In this document: positions 58,974 through 64,000 of the stretch, piece after piece
Layout: every line of letters begins with the position of its first letter
Numbering within the stretch: position 1 is the first letter of the stretch
IMG/VR virus record: IMGVR_UViG_3300044614_000912
Coordinates: 68,558 to 132,557 of that record
DNA length: 64,000 bases
Strand: one strand, 5' to 3'
Origin: a virus
Notes under the pieces: model-generated
What the model saw: only the letters and a program-made list of their open reading frames with translations
What the model was told of the DNA's origin: nothing
Databases searched by the model: none
Translations under genes and position numbers: made by a program

Positions 58974-59620
58974 CTAACCAAAGTCCACACTGGACAATTA
59001 TGTGAATAGTAAGACCCATCTATCATATATGAGAATTTTGGAGCATTGTCGTATCTGTGTAGTTTATGATAGTAGCAAAGATCGCCCTTATCTGGAGGTA
59101 AATTTGCTATAAATGTACGAAATGTATCCAACATAGATGCATCAAACATATAAAAGTAATCGCAAGATAATTCAATGTCATCACCATATCCGTGCTTGCT
59201 GGTAACATTAATAACTTGATCTTCTATATTACAATTAGAAAGTCCTTCTAATTTAAACGATAAATCAAATCTAGTAATAATATAGTAATCATAAGTAGAA
59301 TCAAAAAGATTAAGAACTTCCTTGAATCTGCTGTGTCTTTGAGGAACCCAAGAGCCATCCATAAATTCATTAAACTTGTATGCTTTAGGTTGTAAATCTA
59401 ATAAGAGTTGCTTCTCAGAATCATGATGATAGGTAGAAAAAAAGTGATCCACGCTATTACCATTGTCTACAAGTATTTTATATAAAGAATCTCTATAGTT
59501 GGTTTTTCTCCAATCTGGATTGGTTTTCCATCCCATCCAATGGTTATAGTCGCTTCTACAGGAAATGCCAAATAGGCCAACAGCTATCTTTTTATTTTTT
59601 ATATCTGATATTAATGTCAT
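58970..59620 (-). CDS. Putative glycosyltransferase-like protein
   Basis: KIAVGLFG N-terminal strand and YDYYIITRFDL motif; lies within the sugar gene cluster. Confidence 0.4.
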   Translation of the reverse strand: MTLISDIKNKKIAVGLFGISCRSDYNHWMGWKTNPDWRKTNYRDSLYKILVDNGNSVDHFFSTYHHDSEKQLLLDLQPKAYKFNEFMDGSWVPQRHSRFKEVLNLFDSTYDYYIITRFDLSFKLEGLSNCNIEDQVINVTSKHGYGDDIELSCDYFYMFDASMLDTFRTFIANLPPDKGDLCYYHKLHRYDNAPKFSYMIDGSYYSHNCPVWTLVR

Positions 59621-60033
59621 AATGATAATCTTCTTTTAAGTTCTGAGGTGCTTATGTCTTGACAATATGGAATATAAACTAAAACAATATTATTAGAATC
59701 TAACCACTCTCTAGTGAATTGCATTTGTTTAAAATAATCCTTATGTGCCCAATCATCTCCAATGGCTATAATTTGAGGTTTGACATATAAAATAGTTGGT
59801 TTGCTATCGGAGCCACAAAGATTAGGGATTACCTCATCTACATATTGACAGTTTAATAGTGATCGTTTTCTCTCTTCATATGACATAATCGGAGGAGTTT
59901 TATATTCTGAGACAAACTCATCTGTATTCAGAGCTACTAAAACTTTATCAGAAATCATACGACATCGTTTTAAGAACTCCACATGTCCAAAATGAAATAG
60001 ATCAAAAGTTCCACCTGTATATAGCGTTTTCAT
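59617..60033 (-). CDS. Cytidylyltransferase (TagD/RfaE-like)
   Basis: YTGGTFDLFHFGH (HxGH), VDEVI, GDDW, ISTS. Confidence 0.9.
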   Translation of the reverse strand: MKTLYTGGTFDLFHFGHVEFLKRCRMISDKVLVALNTDEFVSEYKTPPIMSYEERKRSLLNCQYVDEVIPNLCGSDSKPTILYVKPQIIAIGDDWAHKDYFKQMQFTREWLDSNNIVLVYIPYCQDISTSELKRRLSL

Positions 60034-60647
60034 CCATTTTTCCTAATTACAGCAACATAAAAGCCATTCCACCAATTTTTGGTATCGCCGTTATGATTAG
60101 CCGGTAATACCCATGCTTTTTCTATCGTCAAGTTGAGCTTATCGAAAGCATCCTGAGTTCCTAGCGGAACTTCTGGAAAATTCCAATCATCACAAATATA
60201 GATAAAAGTGTCATCAAGAACATCAATGAAATAAGTTAAAGCCCTCTCATGACTTTCTCTTGAATGATTGCCATCGTAGAGATAAATGTTAACCTTGTCG
60301 GATAATAAAGATTTATCGAACTTAAAACAGTCTTGATCATAAAAAGTGAGATTGCATCTCACGTAATTTGATACATTATTACGGAGTTCCGCCCTTGGTC
60401 CAGAAAATTCTGAAAAGTTATCAATAGCAACAGCGAAATTAGGACTATTATTGTATAATGCTGAACATAGGGTGGAGCCTTTCCAAGTTCCTACTTCTAA
60501 ATACTTAGCATTGGGCATATCTACTATATTATTGAGAAAGTGTCTAATCTTTGGACTAGACATACCATCTATATTAAGTACGTTTTGATCTAGTTTAGAC
60601 TGATGGTTTTCAGCATTGTTTATCGATCTAATAACATGTTCTATCAT
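60030..60647 (-). CDS. Class I SAM-dependent methyltransferase (Methyltransf_24-like)
   Basis: YLEVGTWKGST, YLYDGNH, ICDDW. Confidence 0.85.
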   Translation of the reverse strand: MIEHVIRSINNAENHQSKLDQNVLNIDGMSSPKIRHFLNNIVDMPNAKYLEVGTWKGSTLCSALYNNSPNFAVAIDNFSEFSGPRAELRNNVSNYVRCNLTFYDQDCFKFDKSLLSDKVNIYLYDGNHSRESHERALTYFIDVLDDTFIYICDDWNFPEVPLGTQDAFDKLNLTIEKAWVLPANHNGDTKNWWNGFYVAVIRKNG

Positions 60648-61432
60648 TATTCTCTCACAGTATCTGGTGTTAAAAATGGTTGATCTACTTGCCCGTCTTC
60701 ATACTTATGAAACGCGCTTAAGCGTTTCTCTTCATTTTTCATCGCTAGTCTCATCTTCTCCATTTCGATTCCGTATCGCTTCAACATCTCAGGGTCTTGT
60801 ATGAGCATAGCAACCCAAGAGGTAAAACTTTGCTTACTATCTTCTAGTCGCTTGATACGCTGTTCTCTAGTGCCTTTCATCTCTCTAAGCATAGCGGCCT
60901 TTTTGGTTTGGAGTTCGCGGTAATCGCGGTTAAGACTTTCCTGACTAGCCCGTAATGCTGCCATTTGCCGTTCCATATTCATAAGATAATCTTGGTCACG
61001 CTGATCCTTATCTAAAGCTCTTTCGTCACGAATCAGCTTTTCAATAGTGTTCATTTCGTTAAGATTGTCTTTATTGCTTTTTAAGCATCTATTCATGAGT
61101 ATTTCTAGTTTGATAACGTCAACAACCTGTAGTTCTTCTGTGGGGAAAACATCATCTTTGAACTGTGCGATAATTCGGGTCCAGTGATATTTAAAAAGTT
61201 CTAATTCATCACCAGTAAATTGAGATTGTAGCTCTATCCAATACGGGCGCTCCTCTAGTTCATAAGCGACCTCCTCCTCTACGGACAAGCCTTTCTTAAG
61301 CTTTCGCTTTATAAAACTATCTATAGATTCAACATCACGGTCTAGCTTTTTAGCTATATCGGTAACGTTCATGCTATCTATGCTTATGGAAATGAATCTC
61401 ATTTCCTCTTTTGATAGTCTACCTTTCTTCAT
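60647..61432 (-). CDS. HTH plus coiled-coil protein (possible terminase small subunit or late regulator)
   Basis: N-terminal VTDIAKKLDRDVESI HTH followed by a long coiled coil. Confidence 0.45.
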   Translation of the reverse strand: MKKGRLSKEEMRFISISIDSMNVTDIAKKLDRDVESIDSFIKRKLKKGLSVEEEVAYELEERPYWIELQSQFTGDELELFKYHWTRIIAQFKDDVFPTEELQVVDVIKLEILMNRCLKSNKDNLNEMNTIEKLIRDERALDKDQRDQDYLMNMERQMAALRASQESLNRDYRELQTKKAAMLREMKGTREQRIKRLEDSKQSFTSWVAMLIQDPEMLKRYGIEMEKMRLAMKNEEKRLSAFHKYEDGQVDQPFLTPDTVRE

Positions 61433-61919
61433 ATCCTTCTCTTTCTACGATTTCTTTGATTATCTCAATGATCTCTTCTCTTCGTCTTTTTGGAACGTAA
61501 ACATCATTGATTAACTTTAAGTAGTCAGCGCGGTATTCTGCTGGCAAATTGTTATCAACTATCGATTGTATATTTTTAGCATCAAGAGCCGAATCGTTAT
61601 CTTGTTCTTGGTAAGGAACATAATCTTCATTCGATAAACTCTTGGGTTTTAGAATTCGCTTCTTTTCTTCCTCGTCTTTTGTATAATAGTTGTCTCTTAT
61701 GAAATTCTTGAGTCGATTGCTTAAATGAACCGATAAGAAGTTTTCTAACGGGCGTTTTTGGTCGTACCGATCAAGGGCATCCATACAAATAATAAAAGCC
61801 TCTTGTTTTATATCATCTACCTCATAACCGTGAAAAGCATATTTGGAGGCTATCCTATTAACTACGATATTAATTTGGTCAATAACCTGTTGTTCTGTCA
61901 TCTTCTTGGGTATTTTCAT
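61419..61919 (-). CDS. Phage sigma70-family factor (region 2 intact, region 4 apparently reduced)
   Basis: IASKY..DDIKQEAFI..ALDRYD..LENFL..NRLKNFIRD is sigma region 2; only 166 aa. Confidence 0.75.
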   Translation of the reverse strand: MKIPKKMTEQQVIDQINIVVNRIASKYAFHGYEVDDIKQEAFIICMDALDRYDQKRPLENFLSVHLSNRLKNFIRDNYYTKDEEEKKRILKPKSLSNEDYVPYQEQDNDSALDAKNIQSIVDNNLPAEYRADYLKLINDVYVPKRRREEIIEIIKEIVEREGYEER

Positions 61920-62674
61920 GAGGATAAATCATCCTTGGTAAAAGACAATGAACGCCAAGAAGTTCCGTCATAATATTTGAGAGTATCGTCACCCTCATCG
62001 TATATCAAGGTGCCCTTTCTCGTTGGAGGATTATTAGTAGGAACTAATTGAAAAACATTAGAACTAATTATTCCACGCTTGGTCTTGGTATTTATTTTTG
62101 TTGCATTGAAAGCCATCTGCTTAGTATAACCAGTTATGGCGCGAACGAGCGCCTCTCTAAACTCTTCATTTTGCGCTAGCTCATCAAATGATAGCGAAAC
62201 AATATCTCCATCAAGTCTTCCTAAGACTGAAAAATCAGATAACTGAACGGGCTTGGGAATGAATTGCTTATCACAAGCTACGACTGAGTAATCGTCGGAC
62301 AAGCTTTCTAAGAGAGATTGAGGATATGAGTTTGATATAACAACGTTTTCAGCAAAATCTATGGGGCCATTTAAGCATGGATATGCATTAGCATCTCCAA
62401 CAACGTAGTATCCTAGGGGCTGAATTCTTTCTAATTCATAACCGCTATCGGTAGGTACTAAACGGCCAATGCCGCGTTCTCTTAATAATACTGTATTATT
62501 TTGAACGATCTTTTCGGCTAAATAAAAGAATGTATGATCTGTGCCGAATAAGTCAAATAGTGTGGGAGAATCATCTGGGGCTAAGTGAGATTTTCCTAGC
62601 AGGGTAAGATTTTTACCTTTAGGAACTTGTATAGCGTTCTCAATCGCTACTTGATTTGTTGTTTTCAGATTCAT
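61916..62674 (-). CDS. Fibre-like structural protein
   Basis: N-terminal domain resembles that of 37478-38605 (FY..E.G.G..L.R); C-terminal KGTLIYD..LKYYDGTSW fibre motif. Likely start is MNLK at 62674, after GAGG. Confidence 0.5.
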   Translation of the reverse strand: MNLKTTNQVAIENAIQVPKGKNLTLLGKSHLAPDDSPTLFDLFGTDHTFFYLAEKIVQNNTVLLRERGIGRLVPTDSGYELERIQPLGYYVVGDANAYPCLNGPIDFAENVVISNSYPQSLLESLSDDYSVVACDKQFIPKPVQLSDFSVLGRLDGDIVSLSFDELAQNEEFREALVRAITGYTKQMAFNATKINTKTKRGIISSNVFQLVPTNNPPTRKGTLIYDEGDDTLKYYDGTSWRSLSFTKDDLSS

Positions 62675-62813
62675 CCGTGTCCTCATTGTCCTTTGGTGAT
62701 AAAATATCTGCCATTGGCTTATCGGGCTTGGATAAATCGTCGGCTACTTTTGATCGTAAAGATGCTGTTGCCCTGCATTCCAATTGTGTTTCGATTGTTG
62801 TCTTTTTAATCAT
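62640..62813 (-). CDS. Small 57-aa protein (not in the ORF track)
   Basis: AGGAG RBS at 62821-62825; translates MIKKTTIETQLECRATASLRSKVADDLSKPDKPMADILSPKDNEDTDESENNKSSSD*. Confidence 0.6.
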   Translation of the reverse strand: MIKKTTIETQLECRATASLRSKVADDLSKPDKPMADILSPKDNEDTDESENNKSSSD

Positions 62814-62834
62814 ATTGTTTCTCCTATATGATAG

Positions 62835-62841
62835 TATACAC
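62835..62841 (-). promoter_or_regulatory. Putative late promoter GTGTATA heading the late region
   Basis: 22 nt upstream of the ATG at 62813. Confidence 0.55.
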
Positions 62842-63021
62842 TGGAAGCTAATAAAACAGGCGACTCAAGTGGGGCGATGGGGGAGGATCGGGTAATACAT
62901 AATAATATTTGTTGGTAATTGTGAAAGAACCACCCCGCGTTTTTTCGGGTGTTAAGCTGGGCAAAATATATAAGATAAAACCCCCCATAGTACCCATCTT
63001 ACCATAGATATAGACATAGGG

Positions 63022-63060
63022 GGCCGCGAACGCTGTAAGTCCTTACGTATCAACAGTTTA
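63022..63060 (+). repeat. Early-region module copy 1: GGCCGCG-N7-TAAGTCC-N6-ATCAAC-AGTTTA
   Basis: Matches the copy at 63863-63901 with identical spacing. Confidence 0.75.
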
Positions 63061-63102
63061 TAGCAAGTCAAAAAAAATCGTGAAAAAAACATTTGTACAG
63101 TA

Positions 63103-63130
63103 TTGACTTCTAAAGATTTCTTGGTATAAT
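63103..63130 (+). promoter_or_regulatory. Sigma70-type early promoter
   Basis: TTGACT-N16-TATAAT with extended TG and upstream A-tracts. Confidence 0.8.
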
Positions 63131-63172
63131 GTCGATATAAGAAGTAAGAGAGAAAGAAAGAGAGTTAGAGAA

Positions 63173-63397
63173 ATGGAAAAAGTCACTCACATCAACAGTT
63201 TCATCCGTAGCCTTCCGAAGATCGTTCAGAAGAAGGTTTGGAAAGTGACCGATACCGATGGTACGGTTGTTCAGTACGTTGGTGCTACCGATAATCGGAA
63301 AAGCACTGCTCAAGTGTACATCAACGAGAAGTATCCGAATAGGGTTCTCAAGTTGACCTTCTCACACTTCAATGGAATGATCACGATCCCCCGATAA
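63173..63397 (+). CDS. Small early protein (74 aa)
   Basis: Follows the promoter and a purine-rich leader. Confidence 0.7.
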   Translation: MEKVTHINSFIRSLPKIVQKKVWKVTDTDGTVVQYVGATDNRKSTAQVYINEKYPNRVLKLTFSHFNGMITIPR

Positions 63398-63404
63398 GAG
63401 GGGA

Positions 63405-63432
63405 TTGACGGGGCGAGAAGATTTGGTATGAT
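63405..63432 (+). promoter_or_regulatory. Sigma70-type early promoter
   Basis: TTGACG-N16-TATGAT with extended TG, intergenic. Confidence 0.65.
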
Positions 63433-63454
63433 ATTGGAAAAGAAAGAGAGAAAG

Positions 63455-63598
63455 ATGATGACAGTCCTAGAACAGCACGGTAAGAAGTATAAGGTTTTCA
63501 GTGTTGACAGCACTAAGAACGATGGTAAGAATCGTAAGTTGCTTGGCACGTTCAAGACTAGTGACGATGCTATCCGTTTCATGAATAAGGTATCTTGA
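63455..63598 (+). CDS. Small early protein (47 aa, not in track)
   Basis: MMTVLEQHGKKYKVFSVDSTKNDGKNRKLLGTFKTSDDAIRFMNKVS*, after an AG-rich leader. Confidence 0.6.
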   Translation: MMTVLEQHGKKYKVFSVDSTKNDGKNRKLLGTFKTSDDAIRFMNKVS

Positions 63599-63603
63599 GG
63601 TAT

Positions 63604-63765
63604 ATGATGAAGACTTGGACTATGGACAATCGCCCTCTCGTTTGGACTTGCACTGAGGGGATGAAGGATCGTTACGATCTGTTCATTCATGGTAAGTGTG
63701 TTGGTGAGGCTCTGACCTTCACCGCTTGGTATGCTCTCTACAATCTCTATAGGAAGGTTATCTGA
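63604..63765 (+). CDS. Small early protein (53 aa, not in track)
   Basis: GAGGT RBS; MMKTWTMDNRPLVWTCTEGMKDRYDLFIHGKCVGEALTFTAWYALYNLYRKVI*. Confidence 0.6.
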   Translation: MMKTWTMDNRPLVWTCTEGMKDRYDLFIHGKCVGEALTFTAWYALYNLYRKVI

Positions 63766-63769
63766 ATAT

Positions 63770-63841
63770 ATGTTCAGTGCTATACTTTTTCTCGCCTCAT
63801 ACGTTGGCCTGTTCTACTGCTGCTGTGTAGTGAAAGACTGA
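63770..63841 (+). CDS. Possible 23-aa hydrophobic peptide
   Basis: MFSAILFLASYVGLFYCCCVVKD* fills the gap up to the next module. Confidence 0.3.
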   Translation: MFSAILFLASYVGLFYCCCVVKD

Positions 63842-63862
63842 ACAGCCGTATAGGTCGGGGCG

Positions 63863-63901
63863 GGCCGCGTTCATCATAAGTCCAATCAAATCAACCACTT
63901 A
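63863..63901 (+). repeat. Early-region module copy 2: GGCCGCG-N7-TAAGTCC-N6-ATCAAC-CACTTA
   Basis: TAAGT-N15-ACTTA inverted repeat, 841 bp after copy 1. Confidence 0.75.
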
Positions 63902-63941
63902 GGACAAATCAAGAAAAAAGAAAAATATTTTGATTTAAGGC

Positions 63942-63970
63942 TTGACAGGCCATATGCCGATATGTATAAT
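63942..63970 (+). promoter_or_regulatory. Sigma70 consensus early promoter
   Basis: TTGACA-N17-TATAAT, preceded by A-tracts and followed by an AG-rich leader. Confidence 0.9.
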
Positions 63971-64000
63971 AGGGACATACAGAAGAAAGAAAGAAAGAGA

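Noticed and set aside
63504-63532. TTGACA-containing promoter-like sequence
   Set aside because: Lies inside the 47-aa ORF and has a poor -10 match.
63110-63690. Minus-strand ORFs 63110-63313 and 63310-63690
   Set aside because: Antisense to plus-strand ORFs that have promoters and leaders.
1-64000. Stop-codon reassignment as in some large phages
   Set aside because: Genes are long and tightly packed under the standard code, and TAA, TGA and TAG all end genes at sensible boundaries.
1-64000. tRNA genes, introns/inteins, integrase, tail sheath, lysis genes
   Set aside because: None recognisable by eye; TerL and MCP look uninterrupted. tRNAscan-SE and HMM searches would be needed to exclude them.

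Overview
The window is part of a large, AT-rich tailed dsDNA phage genome (Caudoviricetes). It uses the standard genetic code, and no tail sheath gene is visible, so it is probably siphovirus-like. The host is unknown; hints of Planctomycetota are weak. Positions 1-1867 (+) end a DNA-metabolism operon (PD-(D/E)xK nuclease, Rad52/Sak-like protein). Positions ~1927-62813 (-) are a full late/morphogenesis region: short sigma factor, sugar-modification cluster (SAM methyltransferase, cytidylyltransferase, GT-like protein, gmd), HNH and ERCC4 nucleases, ClpP-like protease, TerL, portal, protease-scaffold, decoration protein, major capsid, a cluster of Thr-rich mucin-like/Cys-rich fibre genes, neck, tail tube, chaperones, a 2397-aa tape measure, a 3891-aa FG-GAP protein and tail-tip proteins. 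From ~63000 (+) an early region begins, with sigma70 promoters, tiny ORFs and a repeated GGCCGCG-N7-TAAGT-N15-(A/G)(C/T)TTA module. Most notable: (1) a candidate virion glycosylation ('mucin coat') system; (2) a tape measure carrying nuclease-like and HAD-like cargo between [FY]xxGG motifs; (3) an integrin-alpha-like giant protein; (4) a GTGTATA late promoter paired with a truncated sigma factor; (5) the modular early cassettes. All protein-family calls come from motif reading by eye, not database searches.
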